From: Giardia intestinalis
Lineage: Eukaryota
Strand: one strand, 5' to 3'
Length of the DNA stretch: 64,000 nt
NCBI GenBank assembly: GCA_000002435.2
Contig: CM018789.1
Part shown: positions 47,382-59,300 of the stretch, piece after piece
How positions within the stretch are numbered: position 1 is the stretch's first letter
Layout: each line of letters starts with the position of its first letter
The notes under the pieces: generated by a model
Databases searched by the model: none
Told to the model about the DNA's origin: nothing
The model's input: only the letters and a program-made list of their open reading frames with translations
Program-made: the position numbers and the translations under genes

Positions 47382-50219
47382 TTATTTTTGACCACGCCCT
47401 CCCAGGTTTGTAGTCAGCTGGACACTCCGTGCTAGGCCAGTGGGATCCGCGTAGTGACCGCTAGCATATGCAAAGCGTTCCTCTTCATCAATCTGAGCCA
47501 GAAAGCAGTTCTTATGGGGTGAAACAAGACCTCCATATGGGACTTGCATTGGTGGCACTCCGCGGCCACTGATTAAGCCTCCTTGTTGGTGGTGCCTTCC
47601 ACTTATCGGGTGAGAGCTGAAGTAGTTTGCTCGGCCCCTACTATACCCTCGGAGGAACGTCGTGGATTGACAACTAGAGCCACTTTTTGATGTTAAGCAC
47701 GTCAAGCTAGAAAAATTAGTTGTGTGTGATGCTACTGTAGAGCGCCTATCTATAGAAGTTTTAGCCTCTATAACTGCGTCCCGCTCTGGGATAGTCTCTT
47801 GATGCTTCCAAAATCTATCTGGAGATGGAGGTTGGTGCAAGACAGGAGTCGTGGGTACGAATGTAGGGGTCGTACCGCTCAAACATTTGTCTATAAAGTG
47901 CTCATAGTTTCTATATGAATTAGCAGATTGAGATCGCGGCGGCACAAAATCAGAAATAGTATTGTTTGCACGCCGTCTTTGGGAGGATGACCAGGGCCGC
48001 GGGTCACTTGCTGCTTGTCTTTGGTTTGCTTTAAGTACCACCTGAGGAGGGGCGATCTGGGGACTCTCATGACGGCAGCTACCCCATTTTGTATATTCCC
48101 CCTCCTTATCTGCTATACGCCTGTCCTGCAAATGCTCGGGAGATGTGAGTTGTCGAATGCGTTCCTCTACTTGTCTCTTTTGTACCTTTTGGTTGCTTGT
48201 ACTAACTTCCTTGGATGGTGTCGCTTGCATCAAGTGTGTGGCACAAGCAGGGAGTTGTGGGCTTATAACGCTCCCGTAGCTATTTGTTTCCATTGCTGCT
48301 TGACGCTTTCGTGAGAGTCGTGCGGACGAAGGGGTAGTAATTTCTCTTCCGGTAGGCCGCCCAGAAAGCTGGAGCGTTGCAACCAATGATGTAGCAGACT
48401 TCACTTTCCTTTTGAACTGCAGCCGCTTCTGCAGATTCACTTCCTCAGGAAACGTATCCATAGAACTGCACTCTTCTCCTGTGTAGTTATACTTCCGCTG
48501 CGGCCTGTGTAAGGCTGACTTTTTAACTGCTAAAATGTGATTCTTAGGAGACGGTGTGGGGAGAAAACTGTTTCGCTTGATCAATGGGGGGAACGAGTCA
48601 TTGAAGGTCACCTCTGCCAGTGGCTCTTCTTGAAGATGTTGTGTCGCAGTTCCCTTCTTCTCTTCTAGCTTTGGGGACAAGCTAAGCTCTCTCCTGCATA
48701 TGGTTGTCTCCACTGTCTGGGCCTCTGACACAAAGGCTAACATGGCGCTCCTAGGCCTCCTGGGCCGCGAGTCGACGGTCAGGCCTGTTGCTACCCGAAG
48801 GGGCGCCGACCTGGGACGAGATTGCTCGTTTCTAGAGAGAAGGCGCATGTGTGCATTGCGCTCCTCTGCTTGCTCTGTTAGAATTTCATGTAATATGCGA
48901 TCTGTGGCTGATATGGAGGTAGCAGGAAGGGGAGCCTTATCTGCTCCTAGATGCAGCTGTGTGTCAGTGCGATAGTCCACATGACTAGATATGTTATTGT
49001 CGGGGTGAGCATAGTCGTCGCTTTCTAAGGGTAGGTTCCTAATTAGGTCCGTACAATTAAGGTATGTTGCATATGTACTAACCTTACCTGCACTGGAGAC
49101 GGTTGGCCTCATCAGTCGCTGAAGACGCTTTCTATCACAATCTTGAGTCTTTGGATAATCTCTGTCAGTATGCCCTTGCACATACAGATTAAGCACGTCC
49201 CCTGTGTATAAAGAAGACCGGTAAAGCGGATGGTTAGAAAACGGGTGTGTTAAGTCAAGGAGCTCACTGTTCAAGGGATTAGTAATCGGTTCACCACATG
49301 AAGTAGTAACCTTTAGAAGATCCGCTTCCTTTAGCGCCTTCTTCTTCCTACTAGGAGTGATTTGCTCTCTATATGAGAGAGCTCTGCCCCTAACATTGAG
49401 CTCAAGAGGCTGCTTTCTACCAGATACAATGCGAGGGCTTCTGGACATTGTTGTGTGATGCACAGATGGCATGCTCATGGTTATATAGGAGATATCTGGT
49501 TTGCTGTTAATTACTACACGGCTAGATTTAAAGTGTGAGCTTCTCTTGAAGCCTCCGTCAAGATAGGTCGTTCTCGCCTCGGGGCCACTGGCTGATAACG
49601 TTCTTTCGGGTGCTGGGATTTTGTGCTTGAAATAGGCCAATTTGATACTTGCGTTACTTGCTTTGAGGGGTACGTGAAGAGAGTTAGAAGCTAGTGTATC
49701 TGTAGAGAGATCAGTGATATCTAGTGCCTGTGACGTATTACATGGAGCAGACTGTTTCTGAGGTCTTGTAGAGGAGGCTGTTGCGGGGAGCGCCGTGGAT
49801 TTCTTGCCTAAATGCGAATCATAGACCTTCTGTTGTCTATCCACTGTTGTGACAGGACAAGGCTTAGGCTTAGCAGTCCGTGGCTTATATGCTTCAATTC
49901 CCAAACCGCTTGTAGGTTGCAGATCGGCTAATTCCACAATAATTTCAGAGGGCATAGAGTAGCCATCAATGGCGCTGTATGGATCGTCGATTGACATGGG
50001 CTGCTGGACAGAGACAGAGGTAAGCTCATGGGGGATGAATTCAGGCTGAATAACGGGATCGGGTCCCCAAGGGTCTGCCTGGGTCCGATGTGGAGGATCA
50101 TCGGTTCCATGATCTACAGGTTTAGTAACGCCATCATCTAAATGAATGACGCTACCTCTGCAATGCTCAGAGATACCAAGTACTGGATAGGTCGCCTCGT
50201 GAGCGATCAAAGACCGCAT
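47382..50219 (-). CDS. hypothetical Ser/Thr/Pro-rich low-complexity protein
   Basis: The track start is GTG 50234. First ATG is at 50219, giving about 945 aa. No domain recognised. The start position is uncertain. Confidence 0.5.
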   Translation of the reverse strand: MRSLIAHEATYPVLGISEHCRGSVIHLDDGVTKPVDHGTDDPPHRTQADPWGPDPVIQPEFIPHELTSVSVQQPMSIDDPYSAIDGYSMPSEIIVELADLQPTSGLGIEAYKPRTAKPKPCPVTTVDRQQKVYDSHLGKKSTALPATASSTRPQKQSAPCNTSQALDITDLSTDTLASNSLHVPLKASNASIKLAYFKHKIPAPERTLSASGPEARTTYLDGGFKRSSHFKSSRVVINSKPDISYITMSMPSVHHTTMSRSPRIVSGRKQPLELNVRGRALSYREQITPSRKKKALKEADLLKVTTSCGEPITNPLNSELLDLTHPFSNHPLYRSSLYTGDVLNLYVQGHTDRDYPKTQDCDRKRLQRLMRPTVSSAGKVSTYATYLNCTDLIRNLPLESDDYAHPDNNISSHVDYRTDTQLHLGADKAPLPATSISATDRILHEILTEQAEERNAHMRLLSRNEQSRPRSAPLRVATGLTVDSRPRRPRSAMLAFVSEAQTVETTICRRELSLSPKLEEKKGTATQHLQEEPLAEVTFNDSFPPLIKRNSFLPTPSPKNHILAVKKSALHRPQRKYNYTGEECSSMDTFPEEVNLQKRLQFKRKVKSATSLVATLQLSGRPTGREITTPSSARLSRKRQAAMETNSYGSVISPQLPACATHLMQATPSKEVSTSNQKVQKRQVEERIRQLTSPEHLQDRRIADKEGEYTKWGSCRHESPQIAPPQVVLKANQRQAASDPRPWSSSQRRRANNTISDFVPPRSQSANSYRNYEHFIDKCLSGTTPTFVPTTPVLHQPPSPDRFWKHQETIPERDAVIEAKTSIDRRSTVASHTTNFSSLTCLTSKSGSSCQSTTFLRGYSRGRANYFSSHPISGRHHQQGGLISGRGVPPMQVPYGGLVSPHKNCFLAQIDEEERFAYASGHYADPTGLARSVQLTTNLGGRGQK

Positions 50220-50306
50220 GTGGATCGCAAACACAAAGCCTTTTATGAAATGGGGAAATCGTGGGCAGAAACCTCACAGTGCGGCAGCACGGTTTACACT
50301 ATACAA

Positions 50307-50834
50307 CTAAAACTGGATTTTTGCATTCATGGCTCCAATGGAGGTAATAAACTTAGTATTTGTAAGCTCTTCCCGTGTACGGCGTTCCTGGGCTTCCCTC
50401 TTTTCAACATTTAACTGCGCACGCTCATCAGATAGAAACTTGATGTCCTCGTATAGCTTATCTCTGGTCTGCACAAGTTTCTTTATGGTTTCCTTGGCTT
50501 TGTCTATGTCGCTGTTATGATGCATGGTCATCTCTCGCTCAACCTCGAACTCGTCATCAAGACGACTGACGTCTGTCTTTTCTGTTGTTAGCTTGTATTG
50601 GAGAGTCATTATCTCGTGGCTCATGGTGGCAATTGATTGCTTGTAACGTGCCCCTTGCTCGAAGATGCGGTCAACCTCCTGCTTCATTCTGTTGTTGCAC
50701 TCATCCTGATCCTGGACCTGCTTTCCGAGAGCCCGGATTTTGTCTCGAAGTTTTGCAGCCTGAGAATTAAGATCCTGAACCTCCTGCTGCTTCCGCTTGT
50801 ATTCATTTGTGACTTTCCTCGCTATAGATGCCAT
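50307..50834 (-). CDS. small coiled-coil protein
   Basis: 175 aa from ATG at 50834. Heptad-type charged sequence throughout. Confidence 0.45.
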   Translation of the reverse strand: MASIARKVTNEYKRKQQEVQDLNSQAAKLRDKIRALGKQVQDQDECNNRMKQEVDRIFEQGARYKQSIATMSHEIMTLQYKLTTEKTDVSRLDDEFEVEREMTMHHNSDIDKAKETIKKLVQTRDKLYEDIKFLSDERAQLNVEKREAQERRTREELTNTKFITSIGAMNAKIQF

Positions 50835-51021
50835 GTAAGTGCTGCTGTTGGAATGCGACTGAGAATTTTGGCTGTTGGTTTTATGCTAAGGAGTTGAATA
50901 GGAGTTTAATAATTGAAATGTTACCTTGCAATCTTGCAATTATGGGTGAAAGTGTGGTGATGACGGTCCTGCAAGTAATGTTGCTTTTCATCCCTTCATC
51001 TAGGGCATTGTACCGGCAGCA

Positions 51022-53217
51022 TCAGTCCTCTGTGACGATGTGAACACTGCTCGAGCTACTCTCGGACCTTTCCGGCCTAAGACCCAGAGATGCCTGCTTG
51101 GATGTGCGGGGCGGGTCGATCGCGGTACCCTGTGTTTCTTCATATGTAGAATTGTTGATAAGATACTGGAGAACCCAATACTTCATTGCGTTCGCAGATG
51201 TTTGTCGATACAGACCAGTCCAGTCCCCTGATGCCAGGTGCTCGGGGGTCATCTCATCTGGCAGTCTGTACCCATCCTGGAGCATTGATAAAAGCGAGAA
51301 GACAAGAACGAACATGTGATAAGCACAGCTATACTGGTCACGCTGCTGGCAAATCTGCAGGGACACCACAGACTTCCTCGTAAATGGTTCTGGGTGGGGG
51401 CTCCCTGTGGAGACCTCGGAGCCAAGCTGCTTATCAAGCGCATTCATGTACTGTATGATCTGTTTGTTATAGCTCTCATCTACCGGATACTGCAGCATGG
51501 AGTTACACTGAAGGATGTTGTCCACCCATATCAAGGTTGGCCTCCCTGTTTCCTTAGATCCACCGCCACATAGCTTTGTAAGTACGTTGCTCAGCTTAGA
51601 CTGCTTTCCAATGTACATGTAAATAGACCAATGATTATTACAACATATGGGAAATATCACCATGTCAATTAGCCAGAGCCTGGTACGCGCTGTTGGTAAT
51701 TCAGTGGACTCCAGGAAACCCTGTGTCAGGAGATCTACGTTATGATAGAAGGTTGATGCAATGGAGTTGTAAGGACCAAGAAACATGAAGGGAGATGCAC
51801 AGAAAGTTGTTGTTCCATAGAATGTGTCGAACATCAACGAGAAGTGCATCAGGACTATATCAACCATGATGTCGTTCGTGTAACAGTTTCGCCGGAGCTG
51901 CTCAAAGTCACTCCTTTTGGACAGCGACCGAGTAAAGGACTGGGTAACAAGACTACTAGTCAACGTGTTGATGTACTTATCTGCTTTTATGCCCTTATCA
52001 TCTTTTCCTGTCGTGTTCATCAGACAGTCCAGTGAAATGTTATCATCACAAAACTGGGGAACCACGCAGTTGTTATTAATGTGATCAACCACCAATCCCA
52101 CTCTGAGCCGTAGCTTGTTGCAAACCTGCCTCTGCTGATCTTTCGTCAGAGCTGTGAACGCATCTTTACACCAGGAGTCTTTTGGACTGGACAGCTGCTC
52201 TTCGTTAAAAATGCCACCACTCAACACATCCAATAGTAGCGCCGAGAGATTGAAGTATTGCCGATATTTTCTTTTCAAGTTATGTAACGCTACTATCCTT
52301 TTAATGGAGTCCAAGGCTACAATCGTAGAGTAGGGCAGGTTCGTATGCGAGCGTCGTATACTGTAGCATAGCATGGTATCATAATTTATATAATGAGACA
52401 CACACTGTTGCTGGCAAAGAAGGCCAACAAGGTATCGAGACTCCTTATCATACTCTGTAGATCTCATACCCTGTTGGATGAACGAAAGCTTCGGTAACGT
52501 GAACGGGCCCATAATGTGATACTTTACTGGATGCATATCTTTTTCTGGGCCAGATGGGGAGGGATGTTCGACCCAATCAGATGCAACGAGAGTCTGCTGT
52601 CTGGAAGGAGAATTAATAGAAGGTATTTGGCGTGTGGTACAGAGCTCCTGGAGTGTTTCCTGCGTCAATACATCTTGAGATAACTGATCATGCAGCACTA
52701 GAGTCTCAGGGGATACATTCAGCATGATATTGGTGATTGCAAGCATAGATTGAATCTGATTGAGTCGTTGATCTCTGGTCTCTGGAGGAGTGACTATGGA
52801 CATCGAGTGTGTGCTATCGAAGCACCGTGGAGGGGACCCCACGTCTTCGTTGTCATTTTGGAGAGAGGTCCTCGGGTCAGAGAGTCTTGGCTGCGATAGA
52901 CTGCAAGACATCACTGCGGGTTTCTTAGGTATAAGCTGGGCATCCTTAGCCTTTTTGTCAGCTCCTGCGTGACTCGGTGAAAACAGCTTCAAAATATTAG
53001 GCTCCAGACGTGCCATTATAGGAGACAAGTCTTTTGCCACGGCACGGTATGGATTTGGCCGTCGGGGCGGTGAAGCGGGAGGCGCATGCTTAACTGTTGG
53101 CTCCATCACCGCTGCACATTTATTCTTAGGAGACTGACTCGGGGACCGGCGTGCTACAGTCTCCCCAAGAAGACCCTTTTTCAGTGACGCACGCGGCTGT
53201 GGTGAAGGCGCGTCCAT
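51022..53217 (-). CDS. Ulp1/SENP-type (C48) SUMO-specific cysteine protease with a long Ser/Pro-rich N-terminal region
   Basis: 731 aa. The C-terminal domain has C48 active-site elements in the correct order. His: LIDMVIFPICCNNHWSIYMYI. Asp: TLIWVDNIL. Gln and Cys: ICQQRDQYSCAYHMFVLVF. Confidence 0.55.
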   Translation of the reverse strand: MDAPSPQPRASLKKGLLGETVARRSPSQSPKNKCAAVMEPTVKHAPPASPPRRPNPYRAVAKDLSPIMARLEPNILKLFSPSHAGADKKAKDAQLIPKKPAVMSCSLSQPRLSDPRTSLQNDNEDVGSPPRCFDSTHSMSIVTPPETRDQRLNQIQSMLAITNIMLNVSPETLVLHDQLSQDVLTQETLQELCTTRQIPSINSPSRQQTLVASDWVEHPSPSGPEKDMHPVKYHIMGPFTLPKLSFIQQGMRSTEYDKESRYLVGLLCQQQCVSHYINYDTMLCYSIRRSHTNLPYSTIVALDSIKRIVALHNLKRKYRQYFNLSALLLDVLSGGIFNEEQLSSPKDSWCKDAFTALTKDQQRQVCNKLRLRVGLVVDHINNNCVVPQFCDDNISLDCLMNTTGKDDKGIKADKYINTLTSSLVTQSFTRSLSKRSDFEQLRRNCYTNDIMVDIVLMHFSLMFDTFYGTTTFCASPFMFLGPYNSIASTFYHNVDLLTQGFLESTELPTARTRLWLIDMVIFPICCNNHWSIYMYIGKQSKLSNVLTKLCGGGSKETGRPTLIWVDNILQCNSMLQYPVDESYNKQIIQYMNALDKQLGSEVSTGSPHPEPFTRKSVVSLQICQQRDQYSCAYHMFVLVFSLLSMLQDGYRLPDEMTPEHLASGDWTGLYRQTSANAMKYWVLQYLINNSTYEETQGTAIDPPRTSKQASLGLRPERSESSSSSVHIVTED

Positions 53218-53329
53218 CTGTAAGCGTGGCTGCCTTAAGGGGTAAAAAATCTAAAGCAAAATCCCAGGAGAGGCGCCGCCAGGTCTTTCTCTCAATTCAG
53301 ACACATATAGTTGTAGACATACATTCACT

Positions 53330-56300
53330 CTATTCTCCGACAGAGTACCCATAGCTTTCCTTCATAAGTGTCCTAGAGTATGCTGCTACGAGATTGTGGG
53401 CAGACATCATGTTGGCTAGAGTAGGGTTTTTTCCAGCAAATCTCTCCTTCATCTTGTCCAGATTGCAAGACCCATAATTTACCAATCTGTCGAGGACTGC
53501 CTTTAGCTTCGTGTGTATGTGATCTGCTGCGTCGGAGATACCGATGCTATTAAACTGGACGCATTCTGCGATGTAACGTGCCTTGCTCACAGCAGCCCCG
53601 TGGATGCAGAATGGGTGTCCATGATTGCCTAATATGGTCTCTATGCAAAGCCCGTGCGCTATGCCAATTGAAATGCAAGCCTTTGACAGGACTCGTCTCA
53701 CTCTTTTGACAAAGTAATCCCGCATGTACTCACCTAATGCCAACATATCGCATAGGCAGACAGCAGTGCACAGTTCCTCCTTGGTATACTTTATGTTTGC
53801 ATTTGTGAGATCACTAGCACCAGTTTCATCGCTGAGCAACCCTGCAGTTGACTCCTCCACCGACACTGTCATCGATTCGCTAAAAAGCTTATGGTTGGAG
53901 TCGAAGGCACGATGATGCTCTCCGAATGGGGCATTCATAGAGCTTAAAGATGAGTTAGATATAAACGGCTTCTCTTTGCCGTATATCTTCTTTAGATATT
54001 TATTATTCAATGTTTTCATTGCTATGGGAAGCATAGTCCGGGCAGATTTGAAAAGAGATAGGAGGTTCAATTGTGTGTTACTTACGTAGGACAAGACGTT
54101 ATTCACCATCTCGTCACTGCAAGAGGTTGCGTTGCATTTTGTGTACATTTCGATTTTATAAAACGAGGTCAATGTCACCACTATGTGTCTTCCGAAGCGA
54201 GCAAGATAAAGGTACAGTATCTCTATGAACTCTCGAATTATCTGAAATTGTATGCTGGAGTAGTAGAATGCATCATTTGTCTGTGTTCTAAAAGGAAGTA
54301 TTGAAGACGGGGCCCCTGGGCAGCTTGTTGATTTGGAGCCTTCAGCAGAAGCCTCTACAGAGAACAGGTTTGAAAAGGAGATGACCATGCATATACTATT
54401 AGGAGAAACATCCGCATATCTCCGCATGCCTAATGTTCGGCTATCATTGTAGCTAGTATATCCAAGAACAAACTCGTCAGCAGCAGCGAAAGCATCCTTT
54501 AGTTCGCTACGCAGTTGATGTACATCTTCTCGCTTATGTTTCCAGTGGTGTCTGAGATCTTTTAGAGTCGCATGGGGCTGAGTAACTCGACTGCTTGCGT
54601 ATCTGGGTGAAAAGTGACTTGCAGACCGAGGTGATACCCTGAGTGTGCTGTCATAAAAGTAATCCACGGGACACGCTTTCCAGTGACTTAGCTCTTCACA
54701 GATATGTTTGCTGGTGCCTACAGTTAACTGGGTGCTACATTTGCCATCCGAGAACTGCTGACTGAAGGATTCATTCGCTAACTGAGATACATCGCCTTCT
54801 TTAACGAATTTTAGGCCAAAGGCAGTGTGTTCTTGTAAAGGGTCTTTGAGCTCAGATAACAGTCCAATGCCGTATCCGTACAATTTTGCAGGTTGAAGTA
54901 TCTTTTCGTTGAAAACGTTCCATATGAAGTCTCCTATTCGATACAAGAGATAGCGATGCGATAACGCTCTGTTGCTTATGGAGCTATCGAACAAAAACAC
55001 CGTCATATCAGTGATAGATCCTCTAATGGATGTGTGTGTCTGAGCGATGAATCCACAATTATTGGTAGAAAGCCGTTTGTAACGCCTACAGGTAGCAGAC
55101 ACACTACCAACGTCATTCTCAGTCGAGTCGTCAGGGAGCGTGCAGCACCGGAGGCCCATATTTTTAGCCATCTCGTTATTTATTTCTCCGTCCTTATCCT
55201 TTAAAATGCTCAGGTTTTCATGCATCCGGAGAGACTTGAGAAGCAGTGCAAACATGTGGTCAGATATCACAAACTGGAAAATTCGCTGGGACTGATACCA
55301 ATTTAATAAGATGCTGACCTTGGCCTTCATAATCAAAATGTAGCTAATCAGGAACGGTTTGACATATTTAAATATAAAGAGACATAAAAGTGCCTGGAGA
55401 AGCAGTACATAGGGGGCCACCTTGAAAACGGAGAACTTCATAACAAGAGAGCAAATGAAGATGACGATGTTATTGATGGAAAGAAGCAATGGAGGAACAG
55501 TGACAACGGAAGAGAGGATAAACCAATACGTTACAATACCAAGAAGTGTCAGGAAAAAATCTAGGATTGTTTTTGTTAATACTCCACGCATGTGCACAGA
55601 GCTCTCCAGACAAGCTGCCTGCAGAGCAGTGTAGACGACGAGCTGATGATTATCTCTCATAGACTTCAGCTCACTTCTACAAAGCTTAATGGTCTTGAGG
55701 AGTCGTGTCATCTGGATAATTTGGAAGTTTAGAAGCAGCTCAATATAGTAAGCGTTGATAAATACCAGAAGCGCATAGAGAGATAGCTCCAGTGGTACGA
55801 TCTTGTGCTGTGTCTGGCACTTTCTCGCGTGCCTATCGTAGTAGAGGAATATCAAGTAGACTGTCGGGAGGAAGACGAGTACATAGATTAGCCGTAGAGC
55901 AGAAATTGACATGCCCTTGCCCGTGATAAATTGAGCTAAGATCCAGAAATATGTCCTCTCAGAATTCCATGATAGCGCTACGGAAGACAGGATATTTTCT
56001 ACAGCACCACGTATCGAAATGCAAATCCTGTGGAGCAGCGCCCATTGTAGCTTAGAATTAAGCAACTCTACTACGCGGATCACTAGTTTAAGGCACATGA
56101 CCATAATAGACCTTAGCGGTATGCAAAATGCTTGCTTAAGAACGTTAGCGGGAATAGGTGCGAGGGTGGATACGTAGTTGTGCGCCAAATCGAAAATGCC
56201 GTTGTCGTGGGTGTTATCCCGCAAGACAAGCAGCTGGATTACGAATAGAAGAACATTAGCTTGGAAAAGGACATTCAGCATGCTAAAGTTAGGGCCCATC

Positions 56301-59300
56301 AATCGGAAAAGGAATGCACACCTTTTGGTGCCCTTGTAGAGAATGAATGAGAAGACGGGAAGTAGCATTGACGTGGATTGTAACGTTTCAAATAAGTGGT
56401 TGAGATATGGAATGGAGTCAAAGACATGCCGAGTTGTCTGCTTGGACGCACTGATGTCTACCTTAGGCAAACCAGCTCTGGTTGGGCTATTTTCTTTGTC
56501 ACTGATATAGGACTCTGTCTCTTCGAAGGTACTGGCTTGCTTCCTAAGCCAGGGACCGAGACAGACACCCTTTAAGAGTCTCTGCATGCGAAAACACCAT
56601 GCAAATAGAATTTTTACTATTGCACTGGCCGAGAAACGCAGCTTGGTCCGTCTAGAAGAGGCCTCGTGGGTAGCAACATCTTCGTCTGGAATCTTGGAGC
56701 TATCAACAAAAGGAGTGGGTGATCTGCTATCTACCATATAATCTGTCAATGCCACGTGACACTGATGGTCTGGTTGATTGGATGCAGCAACAAGAGCTCG
56801 AGCTTCCAAGGAATTCTCCCTGGACAGTTGTGCGATCTTCATGCTATTTTGCATGTCAGTACAAGGCTTCTTGACAAATAGCTTGATATTTTGAAAGGGG
56901 CTGTTTCCACTAGACTCGTGTAAGTCCTTTACAGAGTAGTGCCTGTCCATCTGAAAATCCATTTGAGTGTGTGTGTCACTGTTACAAACAGAAGTAGATT
57001 GGAAAATTATGTCATCAACAAGTGAGAGATTCGTTATTCCAACCACACTTCTAATGTCATCGTCACTTTCAAGAGACTTGGTGTAGCGTCTATCAGTGGA
57101 GTCTTCATCAGAGGAAGATTGCGAGTAGTAGCTGCTTGAGGTCATGCTATGTGTTATGTCACGCAAACAGGGACTAGAGGTTGTGTGAGTAGCAATGCAC
57201 TCTTCTGCCTTCTGATATGTGACTGACAAAACAGTGCTCGCTCTTTGGGCAGGATTAGTTGCCTGGTTAGTGGCATCATCTATTTCACAAGTAGAATCCA
57301 TAAGTTCCCCGTTAGAACAGGTAGCTTCGCAATAGGTCGTGCTTGTTAGCGCAGGGCAATCCAACGGAGAGCTGACCAAGTTGAAAATGCTGTTATCTAG
57401 ACTGTCCTCTGAGTCCCTGGATGCCTGTACTATATCCCCGTTTTGATTGGAAAGGATCGACGAGCTAACAGATAGGGAATCATCACTACTAGACAGACCG
57501 GAGTCTGAGGATGGATTGAATTGATTCACAGCTAAGGACGGTGTAATCACGTTGAAGCAAACGTGGTCTACGGATTGGGAGTATTGCTGGCATGGTTCTG
57601 CGATAACGTTGTCTGTCTTTCCCCTTATGATGCTCAGCTGTGTATCCTCGGAAGTCCTCGTGCTGAGTGTTTCTAACAGAAGGCTGCTTGATTCATTGAT
57701 TGTGCTATCCGCGACCAGTTCTAAGGTACTTAGGCTTTTATCATCATCTGAACGGTCTAGATCGACCAAGGTAGAATCTGAAGGAGGAATGCTAGACAAA
57801 AGATGTACCTCCTTTATCACTACGTTCTGGCCAAGGATATCCGTTACGGGTGAGACAGTAGTAGAATTGCTGTGGCAGTGGTCGCTAGAGGGCTTCGACA
57901 TGCCATGCCCGGAACTTGTATGAGTATTACCGAACGCTTGTGATGAAGAAGACAGGTTTGCTTTAGATGTGGACTTCTCTAAAAGCATTGGATTGTAACT
58001 CTGTATATTGGATACTAGAGTATCGCTGGATATGGCAGAGTGCGGGACATTTCTCATTAAGTTATCCCTTGTTCTTGAGCGAGCCAGTTTTGCGGATATA
58101 GAGGATATCTTAGAAATTTGTCTGGTACGAGGTCTGAACCTTTGATGTTGATCTTTATAATATGGTAGCGCTTTGTCTTTGTCTGATAACTCTATGATAT
58201 CTACATCTGTGGATAATATCTCCTCCGAAGTAGCTGTAGTTGTTTCAGCGAGATTCATGATTGCCTTCAGTTCCGATTTTCCACTATCAGACACTTGATT
58301 TGAAAGCAGCTCCAGGCTCTGTGACTTGTTGGGGAAAAGAAACCCTTTCACAGAACGTGACAGCTGACGAGTGAGGAGCTTAGAATTTATAAGAAGAATG
58401 TCTCTTGGAACAATGTCATTTGCTTCTGGAAAAAGAATGAGCATCCCGTCGTAAAGCTCTTCCTGGTAACGCGCTATGCTTTCCTTGCTAATGGTGTGCG
58501 CGTTGAGGACGTGTTTGTAGTACTCTTGAGCACTCATTCGTCCTGAAAACTGACTGGTTTTGTTAACATGTCGCGCTGTGCCGTAGAACATAAGGCAGTC
58601 ATCATCAATCGGGCTAAACTCTATGTCATAGATGTGCTCTAGCGTCTGACAGTTTGAAAGGTTTTTGAGAATGTCAGAAAAAGTTCCAAGGTGTCTAGAC
58701 ATGGTGGAGTAGCATGTTCCCTGAAACTGGGTTAACGACGACGAATCCTCCGAGTCGTACATCTGCATCTCTATCGATGGGTCTCCGAAGAACTGCAGAC
58801 GCGAACTAAAGTCGGCATTACTGTCTTTCCACTTTCCCTTGGGCAGAGGAAGCATTTGCAGCGGATTTATGTGCAGTAAGTTCCCCACATTGCGAGCCGT
58901 GAACGTAAGGGATGGAAACCTGGTCAAGGAAAGCTGTGACTTATTTTTCTTAACCGTAGAAAGAGCTGCCCTTTTCTCGGAGTTCTTAGTTGAGTTGCTG
59001 GCGCGGAACGACGAGCTAGATTCAGAGAGCATATCTGTCAATCCCAGCCACTTGTTGCCAGTAATGTTGGTGCCGGAGTTGGTATTCGTACACGTGTTGG
59101 TAGTTGTTCTTACGCTAAAGGTAAAGCTAGGGTCACTTGACGTGCAGAGCATCTGTAAGGTATTATCATCAGTGCAGCAGTTAGTGAGGCCAGAACAACC
59201 ACGCTTATCGTTCTTCTTTGCTAGTGTCAACTGGTTATCCGACCTGCTATTAACGACATTGCGGTTGTCGTGATTACTGCTCATCTTATGTGTGAGTCCC

